Origin: Paraspadella gotoi
Taxonomy: Eukaryota > Animalia > Chaetognatha
Assembly: GCA_051294375.1 (NCBI GenBank)
Contig: CM119271.1
Span: 16,216,435 to 16,280,434 of the forward strand
Direction: 5' to 3'
Length of the DNA: 64,000 bases
In this document: positions 51,956-64,000 of the stretch, one piece after another
How positions within the stretch are numbered: the first letter of the stretch is position 1
Layout: each line of letters starts with the position of its first letter
The notes under the pieces: generated by a model
What the model saw: only the letters and a program-made list of their open reading frames with translations
Database searches by the model: none
Told to the model about the DNA's origin: nothing
Program-made: the position numbers and the translations under genes

Positions 51956-54739
51956 ACTCGATCCACAAAAAGGCAAGACGAATTAAATATTTGGTAATTC
52001 ATTATAGTATTAAAATGAATTAGTTTAAACGAAAAAAGACAGCATTTGAATTAAAATTAGTAGTATTATTAACGACGTTTAATAATGATAAAATGAATGA
52101 CTTTTGATAAATGTAATTGTAAATTTTTAGGAATGTTTCATGTCAAATTAGAATTAGATAATGCAAATTCGTACGGTGAATACAACATTTTTATAGCTAG
52201 TTCTGTGCCGCGATTATTATTATATTAAATAAATCGGATTAGAATTTTAATAAAAGTTTTTCTTTTATCAATTCAACAAAATCAAGAAACTCGATAAGAA
52301 ACAATGTATTTATTAAATTAATTTATTTGAACTTGTTAACTTAAATTTTCAACTAAGGAAAATGAACAAACAATTGATCTTTATTAGCGACTCTGATTTC
52401 GGTGTTATTCATGAAATGTTTATCAATGCAGATGCGAGAATGAAGCCGTTCCTTAGTTAAGAGGAAAGGTCATTCAGCATAACAATATGTAATCATTGAT
52501 AAGCTATATAACGAGAAATACATATAATCATCAGTAATCACAAAAAAAAAAGTTTTTATTTATATGTAAACATTTCTGTTTTAATCATTTTTTTAAATGG
52601 GTAAATAACAAAATTGTTAAGTAAATGGGTAAGCTCATTTTTTAAAGATTTGTTTTTTCAATCTGGTTCTTAAAAATTCTAGTAAGAAGTTTAAAACACG
52701 CGTATGGAGGTTAGTTTAGAGGGAGAATTAAACAATTAATCTCGTTACTCTGTTGGTTTTCCAGTCATGAACAAATCTTCAGTTAAAACGATGGTAAAGA
52801 AATTCGAGCTACAATGAATCTACACTGAATTTGAAGAGTTGCAGCCTAAACGACTGCAATAATATTGAATTAAAAATTTGATTAGCAATCTTAAAAACAT
52901 TTGTAAAAAATGTAATAGAGAGACATTTGATAAACGTGTTCCAGTTAGAAAGATTCAGGGTTAAAGTTTAAAAAACGTTTCATTTTCAAGGATACAAGTT
53001 GAAATTTAAAAATGTCTCTCTATTACATTTTTCGAATTCACTAATAAAAAATTCATAAAAAAATATCAGATGGATTGGCCTTTTCGTTTGACCTGCAACT
53101 CTTCAGATAGGTTCTTTTATTTTATATTATAATTAAACCGATATAAAATGGGGGTAGAATGCATCAAATTAGGACTAAGCTCTGACGAACAAAGCCCGAG
53201 GTTTTTTTAATATAATTCTCTTATACGGCCAAGGTAGAATGATGGCAATATTGTTAATATTAAGTTTCAAAAAAATCCGACTATAAATATAGAAAATATT
53301 AACCAAAATCTTCGGAAAATTCACCCTTCTTGGAAGATTTTCGCCATAGAAGATTTTTCCCGAATCTGACTCCTGGTTGAAAACTCTTAGAATTCGCATC
53401 GTTAGCTCCTCTTTTACTTTTACTTTAAATAAAAATTTCACCAAATTGACTAATTCACTTTACCATGATCGTATCATATCAAATAACCTAATAAAATGTA
53501 AAGAAAAAATTTTGAGAGCCTTCAGACACTTTGCCAAAGGATTCCAAAATTGGAACCTCATTTGTTGAACAGGAACATACTCAGTTCACGTTTATATCGT
53601 TTTCAAGGAAAAAAATCCCTTTCATTTTCTATATAAAATCAAGATGGAAAATTTTTCCGTCCAGAAGCAGTCTATTGTTCTGGATTGTTTGATATCAAGA
53701 TGTTGATGATTTGACAGAGAGAAAAAATGCGAGCCTTCAGATGCAACAGATCGGAATCAAGTGTTTTTACATCGATATTTTACCAGAATTTTTACCAGAG
53801 CGTTTATATTGTTGGTTAGTCAGATTTGAACGAAAATCTCCATTGAAAAAGTCTTCCTCGATCTCTAAGAACGACGTAGACTCCTAATCAAATGTTTAAA
53901 GTGAAAACATTTCGGAATCGCCAGGAGCTCAGCTTTCTGAATTTGTACTCCATTTTGACCTATTTTGAAGTTGAATTGAATGACCCTTTTTTCAACTTGC
54001 AATAATCGATTTGTTATAACTAAAACGATGTTTACTTCAGCCTTTTTGTAACAGTTCTGTACTCTGTATAATAAAAATTATCATTAAACTATAATCGTAA
54101 TAACTTATTAGTTTAAATCTCAATTCTAATTATGATATGATTGTGGAATAAATAACTATTTTTTAACTCGAATCTCGTTTTGTTTACTTATTCCTTGTTA
54201 TTTAAATCATCGCGTTTTATTCTTAGGTTAGGATATGTGCGGCCACTTCAAGCAGTCAAATCAAAATAGGAAAAAACTATCTATTCCAGGAATCGAACCC
54301 GGGCCTGAAGAACGGAGAAGCCAAGCTCTAATGAACTCGGCCACTCAAACGACCATAGAATCAAGGAACAAAAAGTCAATTTTAAAGTCTTAATCTAAAT
54401 CAAAGACTTTTGTTTTTTTTAATCAAATTTCATTCGTCCTCCTGAAGATGTCTCTATCAATTTGATTTTGTTTATTGACACTTAACTTTATTAATGGATC
54501 TTTTGAAATGAATCAGACTGAATTTTACCTTTTGAATTGAATAAACTGATTATCAAATTACTCAACATGTTTTTAATAAACTTCTCCTAATGTAAATAAT
54601 ACATTGATAAGTAGAGAAAAACTTTGTCTCACAAAAAGTNNNNNNNNNNNNNNNNNNNNNNNNNNNNNNNNNNNNNNNNNNNNNNNNNNNNNNNNNNNNN
54701 NNNNNNNNNNNNNNNNNNNNNNNNNNNNNNNNNNNNNNN

Positions 54740-56154
54740 GTCGAGTGAGAAAGATGAATGCGCTTTGTGAATAGAAAGACTGACTTTCTCTAATGAATCT
54801 CATTGCGCCAGTTTGATCTTTGCTTTCATCAANNNNNNNNNNNNNNNNNNNNNNNNNNNNNNNNNNNNNNNNNNNNNNNNNNNNNNNNNNNNNNNNNNNN
54901 NNNNNNNNNNNNNNNNNNNNNNNNNNNNNNNNNNNNNNNNNNNNNNNNNNNNNNNNNNNNNNNNNNNNNNNNNNNNNNNNNNNNNNNNNNNNNNNNNNNN
55001 NNNNNNNNNNNNNNNNNNNNNNNNNNNNNNNNNNNNNNNNNNNNNNNNNNNNNNNNNNNNNNNNNNNNNNNNNNNNNNNNNNNNNNNNNNNNNNNNNNNN
55101 NNNNNNNNNNNNNNNNNNNNNNNNNNNNNNNNNNNNNNAGATTTCTTCCAGAACAATCAACTCGTTTCGAAACTGAGAATTGAGGCCGGAGTATTGATGG
55201 AGCATATTTTCAAATAATGTTTTCTTACAATCAACATCTTTCATATCGATTCTGATTANNNNNNNNNNNNNNNNNNNNNNNNNNNNNNNNNNNNNNNNNN
55301 NNNNNNNNNNNNNNNNNNNNNNNNNNNNNNNNNNNNNNNNNNNNNNNNNNNNNNNNNNNNNNNNNNNNNNNNNNNNNNNNNNNNNNNNNNNNNNNNNNNN
55401 NNNNNNNNNNNNNNNNNNNNNNNNNNNNNNNNNNNNNNNNNNNNNNNNNNNNNNNNNNNNNNNNNNNNNNNNNNNNNNNNNNNNNNNNNNNNNNNNNNNN
55501 NNNNNNNNNNNNNNNNNNNNNNNNNNNNNNNNNNNNNNNNNNNNNNNNNNNNNNNNNNNNNNNNNNNNNNNNNNNNNNNNNNNNNNNNNNNNNNNNNNNN
55601 NNNNNNCCCCTATAACGCAAGATTTAATTATGTCGAGCATACTATCATAGTCTAAAGGTGTGTACAGTTCCTCTTTTACATTCAGTTCACTTTCATCTGG
55701 TGATTCATAATCAATATCTCGTTCATCTTCATCATCAGAATCTTCATCTTTTAAATCAGAATTGAGAGATTTTGGTAANNNNNNNNNNNNNNNNNNNNNN
55801 NNNNNNNNNNNNNNNNNNNNNNNNNNNNNNNNNNNNNNNNNNNNNNNNNNNNNNNNNNNNNNNNNNNNNNNNNNNNNNNNNNNNNNNNNNNNNNNNNNNN
55901 NNNNNNNNNNNNNNNNNNNNNNNNNNNNNNNNNNNNNNNNNNNNNNNNNNNNNNNNNNNNNNNNNNNNNNNNNNNNNNNNNNNNNNNNNNNNNNNNNNNN
56001 NNNNNNNNNNNNNNNNNNNNNNNNNNNNNNNNNNNNNNNNNNNNNNNNNNNNNNNNNNNNNNNNNNNNNAGCTGAACTTTGATGCTTTGAACGATGGATA
56101 AATTGAAACATCTCTTAGTTTAAGTTGCTTCCCACTTCCAGGGACAGTGAATGT
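54740..56154 (-). other. Gapped fragments of the minus-strand NACHT gene, apparently redundant with 60260-61050
   Basis: Short islands between N runs translate to NACHT segments and share variants with the 59-62 kb copy. Confidence 0.65.
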
Positions 56155-56247
56155 NNNNNNNNNNNNNNNNNNNNNNNNNAGATTAGTTAATATCAAGATC
56201 TTATAAATAATCGAACTTTTCGCGGGATCGAACCCTGGACCTCCTCA

Positions 56248-57919
56248 CCATCGACGAGTTTGTTGCAAGATTCCGTCCTTTGTTCTTGACGACGAATGTT
56301 GCGTATGAGGACGAGGAGGCAACGCCGCGGCAGATAATCTCACCGGGAGAGGGCGGGACTCTTTCATCTTTCTGACAAATCAAAAGGGGATGTGAAATAA
56401 GGCGGGAACGAGTTGAAAAATTAACATTTGGGGATAACAAAAAAATATATATTTTTTGTATAGCGCCTCGTAAAAAAATTATATATCACGATAAATTCAT
56501 GAAAAAATGTTTATTTTAAATTGGAATTTTTTAATAATGGATTCTAAATCTGAAAAAACTTTGAAACATACAAAAATTACAATCTTTATTACTTAAAATT
56601 AGCAAAACTATGTAAAACTAAAGAAAACATTTATAAAAATGGGACATTTTAAAAATATGTTGCAACGGCCTGATGCTTTAAATGTATTCACTCACTGACA
56701 ATGTCTTAGTGCGTATGACGAAGAGTGATTCAAAGGAGGGAAAGAAGGAAGAGAAGGGAGAAAGAACAAGAAACAAGAACAAGAACAAGCCCAACAATAT
56801 AAACAACGAACCGAAGAGAAAAGGGATGAACTTGTAAAATATTTGATCAGAGGAAATACAATGGCAGCGCCGATCCAGTTGAGGAAGATTTCCGCGTGGA
56901 GGCGCCCAGTTGTTCGAGGTCGCATGTGCGATTCGCACTGGATAACAAAAGAGAATCGGGAAAACCAAATTAAAATAAATACAATTATAAAACGCTCAGA
57001 TTATCAGATTGTCCGCGTTGACTTACTGAAGTAAGCATTCGTGAGATCAGTGCCCCTCCGGCGGAGGAAAAGCTGAAACCAGCCAGTGAGCCAATTCTGT
57101 AATGAGAATAAAAATTAAGTTTACTGTAATAAACGAAAACGAGGCGGATTTGGCGCTAAATAGGGTGAATATTACTATCCGCTTACTTCTTTAACCCCTC
57201 TCTAGCACCCATGGAACGGGTTCTGGGTTGGAACCAAGCTGAGGGGATTTCCAGGGCCAAGGTAGATACGGGCGTCCTCAACGTTTCCCGAAGGATAGGG
57301 ACCATTGGGGATGGATCCCGGTAATTTAAGGTCATGATCGATGGTATAGTCATGAGCCACAACTTGGAAGATGTCCTGCTTAGTGGCGGGGTGAACTTAT
57401 TGCAATACAATGATAGAGACAACTACAATGAGATCAGGGCAAGAAATAGTATAAAAACCCAAAACAACTCAAAGCTCAGACTCAACATCATCCTAAAACA
57501 TCAACATCAACCTAAAACTTTTAGGACCTAAGTTAGGTCCGAAGGTCCTAAGGTCCTAAGGTCCTTAGGTCCTAAGCATCATATTTATCAATACGTCAAC
57601 ATCAACGTCACAAAATATCAATATCAACATCTCATCACCATCTCCATCACAACATCAACATCAACATCAAACATCACAAATATCAATATCAACATCTCCA
57701 TCACCATCTCCATCACAACATCAACTCTACCGTGAGGGTCTGGTCGAGGTTCTGACGACGCCACTGGACGACCTCGATGGAGTGTCCCTCAACAAGGTCG
57801 TCAACTCGGATCTGAAGCGGGAAAGACTTGGAGGGACGAGGAGGCGGACGACCTCGTGGAACCCCGCCGCCACCCGTGCGTCTGGGGGAGAGAGAGAGAG
57901 AGAGAGAGGGAAGAGAGAC

Positions 57920-57962
<43 letters not shown>

Positions 57963-58875
57963 AAGTAGGAATAGTAAGGAATGATTTGTCTAGTAGAGCA
58001 TGTGAAAAATGATAAAAATTATTTTAAATTTTCTTTTTAGAAAATTAAAGATTTAGCATATAAAACATGAGCATAAAACTAATAAAAATATTTTGGTAAA
58101 TTTATTTTTTAATTTTATACATTAGTGGGCACCAGTGAGCTATATTTATATATAGTAATAAGTATATAATAGGCATAAAATTTCAAAATACAAATTTATT
58201 AAATTTTAAGATCAATTTGGATTCCTTGCAAAAAGTTATTATAAGAAAGTACAATTCTTTTTTAAAATTTTTCTTTCATTAAGTTAGTCCAAAAATGTAA
58301 AAAACTATATTTAAAACGCCGATTAAAATTTCTAGCTTAAAAATATAGTTTTTTTGTAATTTTAACCTACTTATGACATAATTTTGAAAAAGATTTATAC
58401 TTTCTTTTTATAACTTTTAACGAGGAATCTGAATCTGTTCTCAGATAAAAAAAAAAAAACATTTTGAAATTTTCTATATTTATAAAAAAAAAGAAGAATT
58501 TTTATATTATAAAAAAGAGAATAATTACAGATTAGTATTCACTATATGATAGTTTTCAAGATATAACTGCTAAATTTTGATTCCAATCTTTCACTTCACC
58601 CTATTGTCTAGTGATTACAGAGTGATTTAAAAATAACTAGTTGACTGATTGGCCGCGATTTGGCCAATGATGGATCGCTGTTGTTCTAGCGATTGATCAC
58701 CTGACTAAGGATGCGGGTCTCGACAGAGAGACGCGAACGACGCCGCCAATCCTCGACTATTGGCGCCGGTTTGGCGTCGACGTAAGAAAGCCGCCATCGC
58801 GGGGAAGTTGAGGCGGCGCCACGCGACACTGGAGTAAAAGCTCCTCTCGCTCCACCACGCCATCATCTCGACGCC
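56248..58875 (-). CDS. Unidentified multi-exon coding region with a predicted TM helix (exons ~58875-58702, 57881-57731, 57096-57027, 56937-56693, 56371-56248)
   Basis: GC-rich blocks bounded by cag/gt sites. The last three join in frame (NWLTGWFQLF..AYF|MRIAH..KFIPFLFGSLFILLGLFLFLFLVL..|KDERVPP). No family recognised. Confidence 0.5.
57535..57726 (+). repeat. Short tandem repeats (ggtcctaa)n and (caacat)n
   Basis: Visible tandem units. Confidence 0.75.
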
Positions 58876-59259
58876 CTGGTGGGCGGGAAGAGGGGAGGAA
58901 GTGGGGTGGAGTGGGTGGGGAGGGGATAAAGGGGAAAAGGGGAAGAAGGGCGTGGAGGAAATGGCGAGGGGAGAGAAGGAAATATATTTTATTTTCACTC
59001 TTTTCCTAACCTTTGAGATTATTACGTATAAGTTTATAAGTTTATACTTATAGTATAAACGATATCGTTATAAACTTATTGTTTACTTAACATCGCGGTT
59101 TATCTTTATGTTGTCTGTAAACAATATTGCGTCAAAACATTTGAGAAATAAATCTACCAACATGTAATGAGATTGAAGAACTTAAACTCATTTGAAATAA
59201 ACTCTGCTGGATAAGTTTTCTGTTAATGTATGTTTGTTATAATCTCAGTCTCTTTTCAC

Positions 59260-61750
59260 CTCCGCCACTAATCTTTTTTCTTTCTCTTCAGTTCATTAAA
59301 CAAAAACTTCATCAAATATTAGCAATGATTTGAAGATATTTCTGGTGATATGACTGGCAAACATTATCAGTTCGCAAATGATTTGCTTAATCCTCAGTCA
59401 TTCATTTCTCTGCCAAGTCCTGTGACATGTTCCACCACATTCTTCAGCACCCACTCAACTGTTTCTTCATCTTTTCCCTGTGTACGTAAATAGCGATGGT
59501 GCAACAGAATGTATTGAGATGACAGAGTCAGTTAGCTTTTAGTTTTCGTTGGTTCTTCTAATGTGTTTTTGAGTTTTGCGTTAGATAATAACCTAAATCA
59601 ACTTCTTAGGTTACGTGATATGAACTTAAACACTGATGTTATTCCCATCACTGTTCATCAAGAATTTGCTCAAAAATTGCTGAGTCTCAAGAGAGACTCA
59701 AATGTTATTGTCAGAGAGTGATGCAGAGAGAGAGCAGACCTGAGGGTTTTCTCTTTAAGTCCTCAAATCCATGGAGTGAATATTGCATTGGCAGATACAA
59801 TACTGCTCTACCAGAGCATGACAGCAGTGTGTCATTTCTGTGAATTATATCCTTCACAGTGTTTGCTTCATCTATCTCCTTCTTTTGTTTTTCCTGTACT
59901 TCTTCCTCTGAGATGTCAGTGATTTGAGTTGACTTTTCACATATTTCAGTTTCTCCTGCCTCAGGGCCAATGGCAACAATTGCAAACAGAATGTCAGTAT
60001 AGTTTGGATTTTCTGGTTAAAAGTCCCCTATCGACTAATGGCACAATAGCTTACAGTGTATAAGGTATTTTATCCAGGAAGTAAGAAATTCTGACTTGCT
60101 TTACATTTTCATTAATAATTTGTGTTCTCTTTCCATTTGAATCTTTTAGTGAAAGGAAAATTGTTAACTAATTCCTCTACTTTTTTCCTTGATTTAAGTC
60201 ATTGATTGCAAACTCAATTACTTCTTCATCTCCTAAATTCAGAATCTCTTTGCCTCAGGTCGAGTGAGAAAGCATGAATGCGCTTTGTGAATAGAAAGGA
60301 CTGACTTTCTCTTAATGAATCTCATTGCGCCAGTTGATCTTTTGCTTTTCATCAAGACTGTTCGATTCAACCAACAAGACTTTTATTTTGCTGTTGATTA
60401 AAGATTTCTCTCAGAACAATCAAACTCGTCGAACTGAGAATGAGGCCGGCAGTATTGATGGATGGACATATTTTTCAAATAATGTTTTCTTACAATCAAA
60501 CATCTTTCATATCGATTCTGATTACAGCATAGTACTCCTCAAGATATTTCCCATTTGCCATTCAAACATTAGTTTCTTTTGAAAGAGAGAGTTTTTTTCC
60601 TCGTCCTCCTCGCCCAGCGACGATCAAAACTCTCTCCTTTTTTTCCCCCCTATAACGCAAGATTTAATTATGTCGAGCATAACTATCATTAGTCTAAAGG
60701 TGTGTACATGTTCCTCTTTTACATTCAGTTCACTTTCAGTCTTGGTGATTCATAATCAATATCTCGTTCATCATTCATCGATCAGAAATCTTCATTTTTA
60801 AATCAGGAAGATTGGAGAGATTTTGCGTGTCAAAAGGACTTGTTGATTGATGCAGAAGGCAAATATCTTGAACAAATCTGAATCTGATTCAGTTGAAGAA
60901 CTCTGTTTTATCTTGGAAAAGGAATTGTCCTTTTCTTGTTGAAATCTTTTTTTTGCTGATTCTGTGAGCTGAACATTTTGATGCTTTGAACGATGGATAA
61001 ATTGAAACGTCTTCTTAGTTTAAAGTTGCTTTCCCACTTCCAGGGACAGGATGTAGCATTAGTTTTCAGAATTGAAAGTTTTCAATTCTTTCTAATTTGT
61101 TTGCAAGAGTGTTGTCTTCTTTAACTTAACTGTTTAAAGTCATTGTTTTTCAGCGACTGAATTTTCTTTTCCATTCTTCTGCATGTCTTTTCTTTTCTGA
61201 AACAAATCATCTGTGATCTTGAACAGTTCAGCAAAATAATTGTCAAAATGGAATTGATCAACTCCTGTGATTGTTGAATGAGAATGTTTATCTCTCAATT
61301 CCCTTAACTTTGTGTATGCTGCGTGTTTGTTTCCTATCAATTTGATTAAATGGTCAATAAACGTAATATCCATCGATGCTAATGATGGAATAGACCTTCC
61401 CTCACTGTCTTTCTCCATATGGACTTTCTCAAAAAATTTACATTTTTTTATTTTTTCCAGGTTTTTCGTTGCCCATTTGTTCCACAACTCTCCCTCATTC
61501 CATTTTTCATTTTCTGATTCAAGTTGAATTCTCACATAAACTTGAGCCATTTGGCTACAATACCTGAGTGATAACTGCATTCGCATGAGAAACGAATTGT
61601 GTTGGCTCAGTAAATGTTATCATCTCAGTTTCTGTATTGGCATGAATCAGAGTAAAGCGCCTATCTGGAAGGATTTGGATCATCACTGGTTGATAATCTT
61701 GGGACGTCCTCCGCTGGGGTCTCTCTTGAAGGGTCAGCGGCTTCAGCCAT
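59260..61750 (-). CDS. Second HEPN-NACHT paralogue (inverted; many indels, probably sequencing errors)
   Basis: The reverse complement aligns to 46958-~49300 and supplies SLASMDITFIDHLIKLIG..KLRELRDKHSH across the gap in copy 1. It shares the 5' flank (61750-62060 vs 46690-46958). Confidence 0.78.
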
Positions 61751-64000
61751 TTTGATCTTGAGGAAAAGTGGATTCAAAACTCAGGCAAATATGAGTTTTT
61801 TTCGTCTTAGGACAATTTTAAGTTTCATCAAAAGAGGAAAAGTCAGAAGAAGCGAAAGACAGCTTCCTTAGAACCAAAAAAAATAGAGAGTGTTGACTCT
61901 ATTGCAATGATTTTCCTTTTCAAATTATTAATTGCAAGTTTATAAAAGTAGCTCACCTATGTATTTATTATGAATTTATTAATAAAAGATGAAATATTAT
62001 AGTCTTGCGCTTTGATGAAGCCAAATAGTTTAAGGCCAAAAAAACCAAACCAATCTACAGGAAAATGAAAATAAGTTTGAACAAACAATACCGGATCTGC
62101 CCACGATCATTTGCGGTAAGCCGTAATCAATAAGGCGTAGTCAAAGTTACATACGAAAATTCTAAAAGTCAATTTTGAACAACATACCATCAGTGAACAT
62201 TAATTTGTAAAAAAAATTAATTTGATGTTTTTTAATTTTCGCAGTAGGCTATATTTATATATAGTACTATCCTTATAAAATCGAATAATTTCAAAATAGG
62301 CTTTTCTTAATTTTGATTGCATGAAGAGCGTCGGGGAGCCTCACCCGCTGCTTTCATTTTCTAATTTCTATAAAATCATTGTATGAACTAAGGAGATCAA
62401 TAAGATGGAAATGTATAAGATTACGGTTTATGACACTACGGTTTGGATCCAACTTAGTATCACGAACTCTCCACTACAGTTTAATCACCTCTATTTGTAG
62501 ATAAAGAGAAAGAATGACGAGTTTAAATGATGAATAATGATCAATGAACATTGCTGGGCGACAAGATCAGTCTTCATGAAAATAATGAAAAAATGAAAAA
62601 AAAAAAAATTTTACTAATCTGTCTAGCTTGGTCTCACATTCAAAAATTGCTAATATTGATAAAATATTTGACCATATCGATTATGATGCTCGTCTAAAGA
62701 GAAGAAGAAAGACGAGGAAGGAGGAGGAGGAGGAATCCTTTAACTTACTGCTTTGGAGCAGCTGAAAAAGTTGGAGGTGGAAACTAAAATTTTGTTTGAC
62801 GACTCACATTCAAGAGGATAGAGGGTTGTGAGAGAAATATTCTGGAGTGAAAGGAAAACTCTGAGCAAACAAGGTCGGTATCTGCCCACGATTCATTATC
62901 GGTAATTATAATTAATTAATTAGTATAATTAATTCAAGTAATTAATTAATTCAAGTTAATTAATTAATTAATCAATTAATTAATTAACTTGATCTAAAAT
63001 GTTTGTTTTGATTGATTAATTGACTGATTATTTAATAATTGATTAATTAATTGACTAATTGATTAATTAACTGATTAATTATTTGATTTAATATATAGCA
63101 TCTTGCATTTACATTTAAATATAAAAAAGAAAAAAAAGCATAATCAATTATGAAATAGGGTTTTTTGTTTTTTTCCATTTAAACTCATTTCCACACTAAC
63201 AATTCCATCGAAACTTGATTTCCAGCTTTATCACACACTTTCCTACCCACATAATGTGGTATTCCTTTCGTTTCCCTACCCATATACAAAATTTCAGGTC
63301 AATTGCCCCATCCACTCATGAGTAATTGGTGTTCAAATAATGAAATATATTTTTTAAACTCATTTCCACTCAGACAATTCCATCGAAACTTTATCTCGAG
63401 CTCAATCACACACTTCCCTAACCACTAGATCAACCAAAAATCAATAAACACACTAGATCTCTCTTAACGACTTCTTCTATTTAGTTTTTCTTTGTCTGCT
63501 CTTTACTTTGGAACCATAAAAACAAAACAAAATTGACCGGAATAAAACTCACAAAAGCGATCAAATGATAGAGTACTATTGCCTTTTTGGCAGTGTTTGA
63601 ACTTAAGAATTTATAGGAACTTTTAAGATAAAATCGATTTTAACTAATATTTTTTGATAATTTTAGTACAAATTTTTAAATAGTATCATAATTATAATTA
63701 TTATTAATATTTATTTTATCATTATTATTAATATTATTAATAATAACTTTATTATTATACTGATTAAATTTAATTAAACTTACTTATTTACCTATTTATT
63801 GGTAAATTTTTTTGTTATTTGGCTTAACCTTAACCCTATCTCTTATTAAACATGGCAAGTAAGTTTACTTTTCTTAACTTTGAAGTTTTATTAAATAATA
63901 CTTAGTAATAAAGGTTAATAAGTAATAAATATAAAACATAACAAAAATATTTTTGTTTCTTATTTATAGAATAATTTTTTTTATATAAAAATTCTTTTTT

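Noticed and set aside
54740-56154. Third independent NACHT paralogue
   Set aside because: The fragments share diagnostic variants with the 59-62 kb copy and sit among N gaps; likely redundant scaffolding

Overview
AT-rich, intron-containing eukaryotic (metazoan-like) scaffold with GC/CpG-rich exons. The first 35 kb hold a compact block of conserved genes. On the + strand: ATP5S/DMAC2L, ATF6, a FAM210-family gene, BORCS8 and a TspanC8 tetraspanin. A TTLL3/8-like tubulin glycylase (- strand) lies head-to-head with IFT88 (+ strand) around an X-box/forkhead motif. Positions ~38.9-45.4 kb are an indel-riddled second copy of the IFT88 3' half and its flank, most likely an assembly artefact. The last 18 kb hold paralogous NLR-like genes with an N-terminal DZIP3-type HEPN domain (RDKHSH motif) and a NACHT NTPase. 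The + copy can be spliced in frame to Kelch-repeat exons (HEPN-NACHT-Kelch); the - copy has a different C-terminal region. Mobile elements include a complete 731-bp TRIM whose LTRs carry tRNA-like Pol III A/B boxes, a Transib/RAG-like MITE with RSS-like ends, a 5'-truncated tRNA-Lys-CCA copy flanked by direct repeats, and several other MITEs. All calls are by eye. Exon joins are inferred from GT/AG sites and reading frame, and the region beyond ~35 kb has gaps and many indel errors.
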